64,000 nucleotides of DNA from the human T2T-CHM13v2.0 reference genome, Homo sapiens, in the NCBI RefSeq assembly GCF_009914755.1, contig NC_060930.1; one strand, 5' to 3'. Each line of letters starts with the position of its first letter. Position 1 is the first letter of the stretch. This document shows positions 1 through 14,235 of this stretch, piece after piece. The notes below the pieces were generated by a model, which saw only the letters and a list, made by a program, of their open reading frames with translations, had not been told where the DNA came from and searched no databases. A program made the translations under genes and the position numbers.

Positions 1-1302
1 TTATATACTTATTTCTGTTTACTTATTTTACATCTATCTCACCATTAGATTATTATCTCAATGAAAACAAGAATAATACCTGTTTGCTCAATATTGTGGA
101 GCCTAATCATATCACAGTACATATTACATCTTCTAGGTTCACAAAATACGTTCCTGCAAATATTGATCATGTACTAAGTACTATGCTATTGTTCAGGTAA
201 GGACTTCCCGAATTAATGATCACTCAAGGGTTAGGGCCTATCAACTAATGACTATTGTGTTACAAGTAATTCTTAATTACTTAATAAAAAGTTAAAGCTT
301 ATAGCTCTCAAATGTAAAGGCAACGAATGCATCTTATTTATGATGCTATAAACTGAATTTAGACATCAAGGTTATCTTTGCAATGAAAGGATGTGATTGG
401 GTTTTAGGCATACATTTTTAAAAGACTGATGACTGTTTTTTGCATAAATATGCTCAATGTGCTTGGATACCCTAAGTCCTAAATACCTCACTCCCTAAAA
501 TAACTACTTGAATGCCCTCTACTTTTCTGGTTACCCTGGAGAAAGTCAGGAGGATCAATAACCAACACTCTAGGATAACTTGAGGTCACTAGACACAGCC
601 ATGCTATTATTATAATAGCTTCCACAATATAATAATGGAAAAGTCATCTCCCTCCGGCCTGAGAAAGAATGGCTTTCAGGAAAATGTTTATAATATCCCT
701 TACCAGCACCATTGAGGATACCCCACTTTCCTGATTTCTAGCCTTTAACTCCAACTAAAATTGGGATCTTCTCTTTTCCTGTCCACTAAGTCAGGGAGGT
801 GAATGCCAAAACACACTTGCTTAGGCCTTATGAATCTCCTGAGTTATTCCCCTTGTAAAGCTCTATTCATCTATAAGGACCTTTATCCCTGCAGTGAGAG
901 TATTCATTCATAATCCATCAAATGTAAGTGTTATGAGCTATGTACTGGGAATTCAGAAGCAAGAGTTGAAAAGTGTGAAAGTTCAGAAGAAAATAAACTT
1001 TGACTGGGATATTCAAAGACTAATTGGTAGGTGAATTGTTCCTCTAGATATTTATAAAAGTAGACAATGTAGACAATTAATACAGATGAACATGCACACC
1101 ATATACATATACAAGGACTGGAGTCTCACAAGATTATGTCAAAAAATTTCACCCATATAAAATAGAAATCATTATCAATGGCCCAGATTTATTTGTCTAT
1201 TTCCTATCTCTATGAAAAAAAGTTCTAACTAGTCATTTAGAAATATGGGTCAGAAATGTGGGTCATATCTTCAATTTCTCCATCTGTCAACTTCTTTCTA
1301 TC

Positions 1303-1504
1303 TGTGCTAGTCTAGTTTCTCTAAGAGGCATACACCAAACAGGATTAAACATGCAAGACACTAGGGGAAATACATATTAGAAAATGGTGACTGGGGTTTA
1401 GAGGGCAAGAAATTTATCAGGCATCCATGCAGCTATGATTGCAAGAGAAAGAGAGAGAGAAGCGGGGAAGGAAGGAAGGAAGAAAGAAAAAGAAAGAAAG
1501 AAAG

Positions 1505-1535
<31 letters not shown>

Positions 1536-1569
1536 AGGAAGGAAGGAAGGAAGGAAGGAAGGAAAGAAA

Positions 1570-1628
<59 letters not shown>

Positions 1629-1935
1629 GAAGGAAGAAAGGAAGAAAGGCAGGCCGGCCAGTCGGCTGACTTTGGGTGGAAGCATCTTACGTGGTAGTGC
1701 AGTCCTAAGGAAACTTTGGCAAGACTGTCAGAGAGTCTTTGAGCCAAAGTTGCACCAGTAAAAGAACCCCACATCTCCTAGGTGTTGGCCTGCTTCACTA
1801 ACCCCGAGGCACTTGGTTTTTAGCTGGTGGTGGCCTGCAGATTTCTAGTCTCAGTGAAGGCAAAGATAAACTTTAGAGTGTGGCCACTAGGGGCCTCAGT
1901 CATTTGCAGTTGGAGATCTACTGCCTCCCGCCACA
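1303..1935 (-). mobile_element. ERVL solo LTR, LTR16-family-like, interrupted by an expanded purine microsatellite
   Basis: TG (1303)...CA (1935) ends. Segments such as 'ccaaacaggattaaacatgcaag', 'ttgggtggaagcatc', 'gagccaaagt' and 'gcagttggagatct' match my recollection of the LTR16-type reverse strand. Confidence 0.65.
1444..1649. repeat. Compound (GAAA)n/(GGAA)n purine microsatellite
   Basis: 1464-1649 is 186 nt of A/G only; (GGAA)7 at 1537-1564 and (GAAA)14 at 1572-1627. Confidence 0.98.
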
Positions 1936-2183
1936 CCAACATTTCTTGGCATAATAATTATTCCTCCCTACAACCAAACTTTTGATTTAGTCATTTTTAA
2001 AGTATAAATTTAAGTATATTTTGTTTGAAAACTTCAGTGGCACCCTATATCCTATTTAAGTTAAAACTTAAATTTGCTATACTGAACCATAAAAATATTT
2101 CTTGTCCTGACATTGCTCATGTAGCCTTGCATTTTACAAACTTTTATTTTTCAAAGACCACTCTGAATAACTTTCCATTACCA

Positions 2184-2484
2184 GTCCAGCTTGGTGGCTC
2201 AGGCCCATAATCCCAGCCTTTTGGGAGGCCGAGGGGGCAGATCACTTGAGGTCAGGAGTTCGAGACCAGCCTGGCCAATATGGCGAAATCAGTCTCCACT
2301 AAAAATACAAAAAATTAGCTGGGCGTGGTGGCGTCCACCTATGGTCTTAGCTACTTGGGAGGCTGAGGCACAAGTATTGCTTGAACCTGGGAGGCGGAGG
2401 TTGCAGTGAGCCAAGATTGTGCCACTGCACCACTCCAGCCTGGGCAACGGAGGAAGACCCTGTCTCAAAAAAATAAAAATAAAA
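2184..2484 (+). mobile_element. Alu, AluS-type (Sx/Sz-like)
   Basis: Dimeric Alu with A-rich linker and tail; TSD aactttccattacca (2169-2183) / aagttttcattacca (2485-2499). Confidence 0.95.
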
Positions 2485-5442
2485 AAGTTTTCATTACCAG
2501 CCCAACTTATTATCTGTAGCCTGTAAGCCTTTGCAGATCATATTCAGGCTACCTATAATGCCTCTTAAAAACATCTCACTTGAGGGTTTGGCTAATATGC
2601 CACCTCCTCTAGGAAATATTTCCTAATTTTGAGGAAAGCTGCTCCTTATATGTGTTCTCATAGAATCTATAACTTAACCAAATGTTCTTTACCATGCATG
2701 ACAATTGCTTATTAGCTTGTCAGACTCTTCCACTGGCAACAAATACTGTAATATTTCCTCACCCAGATCAGTTTGATTTATATGGCACAATTATCTGTTA
2801 AATACATGAATAATCATACTTTATTGACATTATAATACAGAAAAAGGAGTGATAAACTATTGACAATGGAGATCAGTATTAAGGGTTTGGGTTCCAATGA
2901 GAAGCAGAGAAATGGGCCATACCACTGTTACTGAAGCTCTAATACATCCACCAACTACAAAGTATGAACTAAGAAAATGCCATACAGTGTCTGCTACTGA
3001 GCTTTCATCCAAACAAAAACACCTCTTCAATGAATTTTTTCATAATTAATATGTGAGCCTCTGAATTTAGTGAAAATATGTTCACTGATATGTGATATGA
3101 AGGAAGCTTCCCTAGAGTTCCAAATATGCATATATATGTGGTGTGATAGCACATTTAAAGTTGTCATATTAATATTTTTCAGGTTAAAAGTGATTGCGGA
3201 TATCTATGTTGACATGATGTTATGTTTCAACCAAAAGATAATTTTTTTTGATATGATTACTCTTGGAGATACAGAGACATCCTAATTCCACCTAGAATCT
3301 GTAAACTTTGTTTCCCAAGCTTGAAGACCATTGCTACACCCCTATTGAAAGTTTATTACCATTTTTCTCCTTTTTCATTGTCTACTATCTATACCACTTA
3401 AAATAACATTGTGGAAAATTCAATAATTTATCCATGCTAAATTTGACTATGTGCAGACTATAAATTTAGAGATTAGATAGGTTTATGGTTTATGGCCACT
3501 GTGTTTTCTCATGACTTCCTAATAATAATAAATCTTATAATAACAACAACATTGCTAACTTTTATTGGGTATGCCAAATTAAAGTAAACTCTCAGTTATC
3601 TGATATTTAGAGAATAATTTTGTTTTTTGTTGGACATTAATTACTTGCCTAATATGATAATAAATACTGTTATAAGAAAAGCCATAAATTATGAAAAGTC
3701 ATTACAAGTTCAGGGGCTAAAATTTGAATATTTAGAATTTGCTCTCCAAGAGGCTCACAGACATGTGTGGGTGTTCTTCTGTTTGTTTGTGTGCATGCCT
3801 TCAAGTCTTTAAGATGCATAGAAAAAATATTTGGAACAAATTGAAACAAGAGTTTTTTTTATGGTAGGGCTAGAAGTTGTCTACCATGGAAGTCAAAAAC
3901 TGCCTGTGAATCAATCTTTATCTGAAAAGGAGTGAGACAGTAGAGGGGCACTTAGCCTATGCCAGTACAAATGAAAATCTTCATCAATTTGCTACAGTGT
4001 TTATGTAAAAACTCTGTGGTTGTAAGACAGTCGTAATTGTTTCTCATTGTTTCTTTGACTGATTAACTTTCTTATCACTTTCTCTTATCTCCCTAACTTC
4101 CAGTCTAAGAAAAGGCATCCAATGATTAAATAAAAACAAACACATGATGAAGTATAACTTTTTGATTTTTTTGTAACCTATTCTTTATATAAAAAAATTA
4201 TTACTGGTCTGTGACTTGAGAACAGGCAGAATTTTATAACTTTTTTCACAAGCACTTCCACTAACTTACAAATAGGTGGTAATATAGACTCTGATAGAAT
4301 TGTCTATTTTGTGCTGCAACTTTAAGGATTTTTTAATTGTAGCCTTGTCCATCATGAGGTAAGCATGTGTTCTTTCAATCATTACCAAGGTCATTTTAGA
4401 TGTGAAATCAGAGTACAGTTAGAAGAGGAAGGCTAGCACAATGGGCAGAGGTTTTCTGGGCATGGTTAAAGTAGGACAAACCCATGTGATTTTAAAAAAA
4501 ATGATTAAAAAGGAAAGAACATAAATACATTTAGCCACATAAGCTCCAGTATGTTTCCCTTATTGTGTGTAGAAAAAGACTATATGTTAACAAGGTAGAA
4601 TCCCCTGAGTGCCTGTCACTGCTTGGTTAAAAGTTGATTGTTCATAAAGACATAGTCATCTGTTGGCCACTAAGGTACCATGTTATGCCGTGTAACAGTT
4701 CTGCCTTAGGCTTTGAGAGAAAAACTGCTTATAATAGTAACTCATTAAAATGTTCTTCAGCCAAGCGAAAGAGTTAATATCCTTCCTTGGCTCCTGACAC
4801 TCAGAGAGAGTGTGGGTCTAAGAATAATTGGGCCCTCTGAAAATTATCTGTTCAAGTCTACAGTGAATGTATTTTAAATTTTTTCAAGAGAAGAAGAACA
4901 AATTGGTCCACATAGAGGTTTATATGAGATTTAAAATACCTGTAGCTGTATCTTATGCCTAAAAAATAACTTTACAACTTTGGAAAGTTAGCAAAGTTGA
5001 ACAATATTTTCATTAGCTTTAACAGCTTAAACCTGTATCAGGGTGAGCATTGCTGGAATAGTCCTAAGGCAGGACTTAAAAAAAAAGTCTCTGTTACTGA
5101 CCATAGCTGCTATACTAGGAGAAGTTCAACTGGAAATGTCTTACTTGCAATACATCCTCCATGACACATGTGAAAAAAGTGGAGCAAGGGATGAGGGGGC
5201 AGAGAGAGTGAAGGAAAAGATAACTCTAAAAGAACCTGATACATTAGGCAATAGTGCAAATTAAAATATAAACTTATTCATCAAGAGTCATACTTAAAAA
5301 TTATCAGATGGAAGCTACATACTACTAGATACTAAAGATGTATGAAGTTTATGCCCAACACTTTATATGTTATCCCACTAAACATCATCATACCATTGCC
5401 ATAACATACACTGTAAACTCTTGTGCCCTCAGTACTGTTCTG

Positions 5443-5663
5443 CACTGGTTGATCTAAGCCATAGAGACTTTTGCAGTGGCTGGAGAAATTTTTTACTGTC
5501 CTGATAAGGGGGAGAGGGAGGCTACTGACCTCTAGTGAGCAGAGGGTATGGATGTTGCTAAATAAACATTCTGAAATACACAAAACAGCCCCCGGCACCC
5601 GACCAGAACAAATAATTATCCAATTCAAAGTGCCAGTATTTCCTCTATTAATAAACAACCCTG
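5443..5663 (+). mobile_element. MER20 (hAT-Charlie non-autonomous DNA transposon)
   Basis: Diverged match to MER20 hallmarks: 'ctggaga(a)attttt', 'gctactgacctctagtgagcagagg', 'gatgttgctaaa', 'acagcccc', ending 'aaccctg'. Confidence 0.8.
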
Positions 5664-7109
5664 TGCCACAACTAGGTAATTCAAAGTACTATAAATCACT
5701 TTTTTCCTCTTTCTCTAAAACTTATAACCTTTTAAATGAAAATACAGAAACAAGGTAAAGATAAACGATAATACATGGTCACATGAAAAGAGTATCATTT
5801 TAGTGATATAAAGAGTGCTTGACAATGTTGCAGAGCAGAGACCTGTGAAGCAGGCATGGGGAGCCTGGAGAGGCTCACACCTGCAGGGTCTTAATGAAAG
5901 CTCGAGAATTAGATAAATGAAGAGTAGGGTTTAGAGCCAACAAAACAAAGATGAGAGGTATGACTGAGGAGTACGTCCCAGGCAACTAGAAGGGAGCAAT
6001 GACTTGGTGAAATGAGGAATAAAACTGGGGCTGACATGGGAAACATGTTACGTTCTGCTAGGATATTTACATTTCAAATAAATTGAAATTTATTTAATTA
6101 AAATTGTATTTAATTTATTTAACAATTCAAATTTATACTTTAGTCTACAAAATAATGTAGAATTATTTAAGATATTTAAACAGCTGAATGATTTAATACT
6201 GTCCAGTTTTATGCTTCATAATTTACTTGTTTCTCTACTTGTTCAAGTTGAATTAATTCCCTGAATTTGTCTCTAGTTTATTTACTTTCCATTCAAACTG
6301 TTTTGGAGACTTTTTATTTACTTGAAGTGATCCACAGCTAGAAAATGCCAAGCATGCTCTGGGTCTTTATTGTACTCCTGTGAAATGTTATTCATAGCTG
6401 CATGCTTTACTTTTGTTATCTTTTACCTTATATCAGAGTTACTTCTTTTGTGTGTGTTTGCATTTCCACTGAATTCCTGAAAGCAGAGAGTAGGACTTCT
6501 CCATCCTGGATATTTCAGTGTTTTAAGAGTTCAGTGAAAATTTATTAACTGAATATCTATTGGAGTCCAGGAGAAAGTGTACTCTGCCATTTTAGGAGAT
6601 AAGCAGCAGGACTTACCTAATTATTATTTGACAGAAATTATATTTTTACTTTAAAGTCACTAGATTTTGTTGAATTCTAGTACTTGTGTGATGCTTAACC
6701 ATCAATAGTCAAATAATATTAATTTTACTTTACAGTTAAAAGAAAGGGGAAAAGGGAAAAGAAAGAGAGGTAAAACTAGATAAAAATTGTAGGTAAAGAC
6801 ACCAACAAAGGGCTCAAATAGCTGTGTGTAAAAATGCAAAACTGATTTTTCATTGTTTTTTAAAGTCTTACATCAATGAATAGAAAGGATAGAAAATATA
6901 GTTGATCTAATAGAAACCGTTCTTCTCTACTTCCTTGTACTATCCACCAAAGCTCACTAAGAATCAACCTTACCTGTCTATAGTTCTGCTGTGCAGAGTT
7001 GAAAATTAGCTGCTTCCTAATACATATTTGTTGACTGAATCTTGGTAAAAATCTTGGTAACAATACTTCCCTCACCAATGCTGATTTTCAAGTAACTAGT
7101 CCAAGCATT

Positions 7110-7607
7110 TTTCTAGATAATCTATTTCCTTGGATAAAATACAATTTGTGGTCATAAAACAGCAACCACTTTACTATGTTCATGGATAACGTAAATCAAG
7201 AATTTGGACAGAACATAGTGGGAATAGGTGACTTCTATGCTTCATGATGTCTTGGGCCTCAGCTGAAAAGACCCAAACAGCAGGGGGTTGTTTGAATGGC
7301 AGAGGATTTGTTTCTTGGTAAAGTACTGGAAGGCTGTGCTCAGCTGACCTAAGCCCCTACAGCTGGCTGGTGGTATCAGACTGGTCAGCATTTCTACACA
7401 GCAGTTCATTGCTTTTAAGAGTGAATGTTTCCCTAAACAAAATGGAAGCTGCATGTCTTTTGCGACGTGGGCACAGCGTCATTTCCATTACAACTGTGTA
7501 CTGTTTCTGTAGTCACAAACCCACTCTACTTCAAAATGAATTGCATAGACTGCATCTTTTAATGGGGGAAGTGTCAAAGAATTTGCAGTCATATTTTAAA
7601 ACCTCCA
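7110..7607 (-). mobile_element. ERVL-MaLR LTR (MLT1F/G/H-like), diverged
   Basis: 'tcaagaatttggacagaacatagtgggaatagg...catgatgtcttgggcctcagctg' and terminal 'gtcaaagaatttgcagtcatattttaaaacc' are typical of the MLT1 reverse strand. Confidence 0.7.
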
Positions 7608-8644
7608 GGATAAAAGGAGAGTTTGGATAATGATGTTTCCATGCTCCTTTCCTTCTTTGGTCACAGACCTAATTTGAGGTAAATTTTACATATTACCAGA
7701 TTATTCTTCTTAGGTAAAGAGTCAGTGAACTTCATTCTTAACATTCTAACTTAATTCTTCATTCTTAACTTTATTCTTTATTCATTTCATCCACAAACAT
7801 GCAAAGAGCAAGCGCCTATGTTTCTCTCTAAGAAGATCAAACTAGTATTGAAATGACTTTATTATGCCTAAGGAAATAGTCACCTTTCATGTATTTCACA
7901 TAAGCATAATTTAGAGATCTTTGTAGGATTGCAGAGTTGTTGACTTCACTAATTTGGAAAAAGAAGTGTGGATCTACCTTAGGAAAATCTAAAGCAGATT
8001 CTAGGGTCCAGATTTTTTTTTTTTCAAATGCATACTCACTAGTCTCCCTGTGACCACACAATCCTCTGTTACTCACAGGACAACTGGTATGAAGGGTCTT
8101 CTAAGTGGTTTACCTCCTATTTTTACATGCATAAGTGGGGTAAAAGGCCTGGGAGGAAACAATTTACTTGGGTATGAAGGTGTAGAACTCCAGGTTTTGT
8201 ATGCTTTACATTTCTAATATCATGGGAAAATTGTACATTTTATTTGGCACTGAGCAAATGGAATTGTAACTTATGTTTTTCAATGTGAATAGCTTGCTGT
8301 ATGCTCAAAGTTACTATTGGTTGTCCTTTCAGTAGATTTAGGCTGGATGTAAGACAAAGAAAGCATGTACTCCCAAACTTTTTCTTCTACCCATTGGGAG
8401 CTGCTTTCATGTAGCAATTAGCAGACATATTAAATCATTTAACAATGAAGGCATTGGATGGGAATAAAACTTAGATGTCTCTAGTCTTTCTTTCCTCTAT
8501 CACTATTTAAAGAACCTCCTGGTTCTGTTATTATAAGTGAGTCTATATTGTTTTTCACTCTGAAAACCAAGAGACAATGCTATAAAAACTGGAAAATAGC
8601 TCAGAACAAGTTTAACCTGATGGCTTTTAAGTGTCAATTTTTGA

Positions 8645-9120
8645 ATTCTGTCATTGTGAAAACATGGATGAACTTGGAGAACATTATGTTAAGTTAAGTA
8701 AGCCAGGCACAGAAGAAAAATAATGCATAATTTCACTCTTATGTGACATCTAAACAAGTTGAACTCCTAGAAGCAGAGAATAGAACAGTGTAATTACCAG
8801 GTGCTACAGTGAGGGAGCGTGTTGAGGGTGTTGTGGAGATATTGGGCAAAGGATACAAAATTTCAATTAGATAGGAGGAATAAGTTCAAAACATCTACTG
8901 TATAACATAGTAACTGCAGTAAATAATAACGTATTGTATGCTTGAAAATTGTTTAGAGTAGATTTTAAGTGTTCTAACCACCAATAAGTAAGTATATGAG
9001 CTAATGCATAAATGTGAGGTGTTAACTTGATTAGCCATTCCACAGTGTATAGATATTTCAAAGCATCATGTTTTAAACCACAAATATATATAATTTTTAT
9101 TTTTCAGTTTAAAAAAAAAA
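8645..9120 (+). mobile_element. LINE-1 3' end, L1MA6-8-like
   Basis: 'acatggatgaacttggagaacattatgttaag', 'ggatacaaaatttcaattagataggaggaataagttc', 'gagtagattttaagtgttct', ending in poly(A). Confidence 0.85.
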
Positions 9121-9176
9121 GGAAGGAAAGAAAGGAGGGAGGGAGGGAAGAAGGAAGGAAGGAAGGAAGAAAAGAA
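9121..9176. repeat. (GGAA/GGGA)n purine repeat following the L1 poly(A) tail
   Basis: Directly visible. Confidence 0.9.
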
Positions 9177-12100
9177 GTCAGAAAGATGGGCTTAATAATA
9201 AATCTAGATATAGAGATAGTGGGTTAATATGAGGAAAGTGCTTAGAACACCACCAAGCAACCTGATGAATCAGTTTTGCATTGTTATTATTATCATTACT
9301 ATTGCTACTCCTATGGCTGCTGCTGCTCATCAAGATTCACTCAGTACTGTGGGTTCAATTTATTTCTTGCATCTTTCCTCAGACTAAAGTTTATTTAGAA
9401 CTTCTCTAATTAAAAAAATGATTATCTTACATGGCATTCACACCTTGCCATTTTCAGACATTAAATGTAACATGGTGAGTGATATTGTCCTTTCAAGAAA
9501 CACAAAAAAATGCTTTTTATTTGATTTATTTAAAAGTTGCTTACATTGTTTCATCTGGTTCTACTTGTCTCTCTTTTCCTTTAGATTTCTTAATAATTTT
9601 ATCTGTGATTTTGTGCAGGGACCTACAGGAGAAGAAAATAATATTGAGCAATCTTCAGCACTATTAAAATTTCTAGTTTTCTATAATATTAATATTATGC
9701 TGGTGTATATACATATTAAAATTTATTTCATCTATAATATCTTTCAATTAAAAAGACAGGGTTGCCTTCAGCTTTGTGAAATTTATGATGTGAAGCACCT
9801 TAGATATGCTACAACTGCTAAACTGAATTGTATTTAGTATTTTGATTATAAATTAGGGAAATGGTACATTAACTCCTTTCTAAGACTAAGATTTAAAAGG
9901 CTCCATTTATTTGCTGTTGTTCTAGTGTTTTGCAACATATGTTATAATTATAATTGCCTTATTAAATCTTATACATTGTAAGTGATAATCATATTGCCCA
10001 GAGCTATAAAATCATCAAAATATATAATGGCATTTTTAAGTTGTTGTATCTACAAATGGGAATTTTTATTTTTAGCTTTTTAATAATGTTTTCAACTGAG
10101 TGTTGGAAAGTCATAAGCTATTCAGAAAAGATATTATTTGGCAAGTGATAATAAGAGGAAATCATAGTCAAATTTCAGTCAGATAAGCATGGACATTATA
10201 GAACAATTTTACTGTGGAAGAGAACCGAGTACAGACCATAGCTTGCTGGAGAAAACACAGATGAAATAAGATTCACAGGACTAGCTCAACAATACTCTCT
10301 CTACTGTTAGCCTCTTTTCCTACTTTTCTCTTTCCTTCCAAAGTTATGTCCATGAGCTTGAATTATAATATCCCTGTTTACTTTGACCATGAATATACTT
10401 CTTTTTTTTTTGGTTCCTTTTTCGTTATTTAACGTACTGGATAACAAATCTAATTCAAATTCCTGGTCTGTTTCATTTGTTTCATGATTTAGCTTTATGT
10501 GTTTGACCCTGGATTTTGAAACAATTTCTGCTATTTCCAAATTAGCTCAGTAGAGAAGGCATAAATTCCTTCCCTTGACTCCTGGACTATGCATAACTGC
10601 AAAGGCGATCTTATACCCTTAACACCTACTAAAGGAAGGCCCAAATCAAATACCTATTACTGCAACAAAAGTGTTTTAAAATGTATAATAGAGTAGAAAG
10701 CTAGTTAGAAATTAAAATCATCAAGATATTTGACAACATACATTTAAAAATATATATTTTACGTGGATTTCGGACATTTTTAAGTACAGTCAAGGTTAAT
10801 TATTTAATTTTTCAGAATGACAGATTTTTCTGGGAAAATGGTTGATTCCCATTTAATTGGTTAAAAAAAAGTTTTTGTGAGATGCAGAATTATCTCTCTT
10901 ATAAGAAGGTACTTTGCTCTTCTACCAGTAGAACTTTGAAAAACTAAAAACAAGCATACGAACAAACAAAAAAGTCCCAGACTCTTGGCCCTCTAAAATA
11001 TTTGCAATCTTGATTATCAAAATGGAAGGTGACTAGGAATGTGAAAAATGAAGTAAATAGGCAATATTTAAGATAATAATATTTAACCACTAACCTAAAA
11101 TCTTTTGTATTGTCTCCTGACTGGCAAATATAAGGGCTGTTTCATCAAGACATATAAAATTACACTGAGCTTATTTAAATAAGTTAAAGTTTTCAAGTTT
11201 TTAGAATGGTTTCCGAGGTCTTTGGCCTCCCAAGTACACATTTTCTTAGGGAAAAGCAAATTAGCAGAGCACATTTTTGTTTTTTTTTTTTTCTTGCTTG
11301 AGGTTTTTTAATAAAGATGATTGATATTCATGAAGAGTTTCACTAAATTTATGTGGCTTTTCTTGCTGTGGCGATGGATATTTAAACCCCCGGTTTCACC
11401 TCTTCCACCTTTGTTTTTACTTACTCTTTCTTCTCCTCTCTCTCTTCCACCTCCTCCTCTTCACTCTCCCCTCCCACTTAATGAAGATTTTCTCAAAATT
11501 TAATTTTTGGAATTCATCTTTCTTTTTAGATTTTTTATAAGTATATTTTTTCCAGAGCATTATAAAAATGGAAATACAAATGTTAAATTAGTAATTTACT
11601 TCTAGCCCAAATTTATTTCCCAAGTTCCAGAGCAGTAATGACAATGACAATGACTGATTGGACAAATCCAGAGTTTCTTCCTGATGCCCTACTTGCCCCC
11701 TAAAACTCATCATATCCAGAAACAATCCCATTGTCTGTTCCAAATCAGCCCCTTATTATAACCTACTAATTATTTCAAAAGCCCTGAGCTATCCACAAAA
11801 AAGCATCTCTGGACTCAAAGACAGGCAGCTGTGTTGGCTCAGACTGCATCATCTCCTATCTGATACCATCAATATCCTGCTGAAGAAAATGCAGTGGAGG
11901 AATTTCTCACCATGTTTTTCAAAGAAAACATCTGCAAAAGAAAGTGGAAAGAGATGAGGGTAAGATGAAAAAATGTAGAGTCCTTGAAACCCAAAACATT
12001 TGCTTGTGTATGTGTGGTTGTACATGCATGTACATAGGCATTATCATGTTTGAAACTAAAAATTAGAAATATACAATTTAGGCTTAAGTCTATTTTTGGT

Positions 12101-12739
12101 TAAAGGTTTCCTTTTTTAAAAAACTGTGAGATATGAGAATCCTCTCTAGAATGAGCCATTATTTCCTGTGAATCCTCCTTTTTGCTAGAGCACTCAGCAA
12201 TGTGTAGCCCAGAGAAAAGGCACCAATACACATCTGGTTAAACTGGATCTTGGGCAAATACAGCTTGTGGAACGGTGCATAGGGATGAGAAGGCCTAACT
12301 TGAAAATGTATTACTCTTGCTTTTTACAAACAGAGGATTAACAAAGTCTTCTGAATATTTGAGTATGAGCTGGGGAACTAAGTCAGGGACAAGGGGTTAC
12401 GAGGTAGGAAAAAAACACGACAAAATGAAACAACAAAAAATAAAATATAAGGTAATGTGTGGAATAGTAAAGAAAGCTTGAAATAGAAATCAGTTATCGT
12501 GGGTTTTATTCCTGGTTCTACTAGCAATGAAAAACAATCTGTGGAATTTGACCACCACGTACCAATCTCCTAAGATTCTATTATCTAATGGTTTTCTAAG
12601 CCATTAGGTAATATAAATTCTGCCCTTATCCGTATTGACTTCTTTTTCCTTTGAGAGGATTGTGCTGGTTCTCTATGCAGTGGGAGTAGGAACATGGACT
12701 AAAATAAGCAGAACCCTCCATTTACAGAGTAGATGTTCA

Positions 12740-13400
12740 TATCCCTCAGTAGAGATGCAAAGATCATTGAAAGGCCCTTGACTGGTTAAATAAACTGTGG
12801 TTTATCCACATAAGGAGGTAAAAAGATAAGATGAAAATGTCTATGTATTGCTATAGCACATTTTCCAAGACATAATACTAAATCAGAAAAAAAGCAAGAT
12901 ACAAAAGAATGTATAGGATGTTACCATTTTTCTGAGATGTGTGGGCAGACATATAAATATTTGTTAATTTTTCAAAATGAAATAATGAAAGGGCAAACCA
13001 AAGCTAATAAAAAGGAATCTGGAGTTCTTTGAATATATTAAAGTATACTTTTAAATTTGGAAATATGCAAATATTTTACTTATTTTAAGAAATATATTTA
13101 ATCAAACAGAAAAAAGTTATCTCCAAAAATTAAAAGCAAACTGAAACAAATAAACCTAATTATATTTCAAGTTGGAGGCAAATCTGCACATAGAAAATTA
13201 TTTCAAGTGATTTTATAAGACATTATTCTAAAGACTCCACACATGCATGTTCATACATAGTAATGCTAAAATACAGTCACTGGATTATTGCAGTAATCTT
13301 AGTTTTAAGTTAATGAAATTGAAAACTAAAGTACTCAGAGTAAGAGAAAATAGATGCAAATAGAAAATTTTAAAAAAGGAAAGAATACTGCTAACTTCAA
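12740..13400 (+). mobile_element. Ancient LINE-1 3' region (L1MC/L1ME-like)
   Basis: 'actggttaaataaactgtggtttatcca', 'aaagcaagatacaaaagaatgtatag' and 'gaaacaaataaacctaattatatttcaagttgg' resemble old L1 3'UTRs. Confidence 0.55.
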
Positions 13401-14047
13401 ATATACCTTCTTGGTTCTAAATTCCAGTATCAGGGTCATTCATTTAGTTCTACTCTTAATTTTATTTTAAACCCTAGGTGAAATATGTTTATCACATTAG
13501 TCAGGGTCAATGAGGAATGCTTGAAGAATGGGAGAAAGCATAATAGAAATAAGTATGGAAGCTATCATTTTTTTCACACACACTTTGTGTGAAAAGTGCT
13601 ATTCCAGCATTCTCTCATTAAACTTCCCAATAGTCTTCAGATGTTGGTGCAATTATGATCCCCGTCTATGAGCATTAAGCTGTATATATTTTAGGAAAGT
13701 TTGATATGAAGAAGCAAAAAAGAAGCTTAATGAGGAGTAACTTAGTATAATTAAAAACTTTAAATTCGAGCTTCCCTGAGTTTGAAACTAATTTTATTTG
13801 CCAACATTAACTTATTTGTATTACGTAAACACCCCAGAACCCTTGTTTTATTAAAGCCAAGAATGGGTATTTTAACATCTACACAAAGTTAACATGGGAA
13901 TCTAGGCTGATGGAGTTGCCTTCTTTTACACTGATGTTAATAGTAGAGTGTTATTAGTGAAAAGACATCACATGAATAACATAAAGAAGCACATTTTTAT
14001 TGATACATAATATTGGTACATATTTATCAGGATGTGATATTTTATTA

Positions 14048-14122
14048 TTAGATTGATGCAGAAGTGATTGCATTTTTGCCATTAAAAACAGCAAACCTGC
14101 AATTACTTTTGCACCAGCCCAA
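14048..14122. mobile_element. MADE1 (Hsmar1-derived mariner MITE)
   Basis: ttagattgatgcagaagtgattgc...gcaattacttttgcaccagcccaa; palindromic, flanked by TA at 14046-14047 and 14123-14124. Confidence 0.92.
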
Positions 14123-14235
14123 TACATGCATAGAATGTGTAATGATCAAGTAAGGATGTTTAGGGTATTATCACCTCGAGTACTTATTATTTGTATGTGT
14201 TGGGAAAACTTAAACTCCTTTCTTTTAGCTATTTT

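Noticed and set aside
1398-1774. Four overlapping ORFs rich in K/E/R or F/L/S
   Set aside because: They are translations of the GAAA/GGAA microsatellite, which lacks stop codons.
9418-9837. 139-aa plus-strand ORF
   Set aside because: AT-rich F/I/L/Y composition, no recognisable domain and no convincing donor after the internal acceptor-like site; expected by chance in 64 kb.
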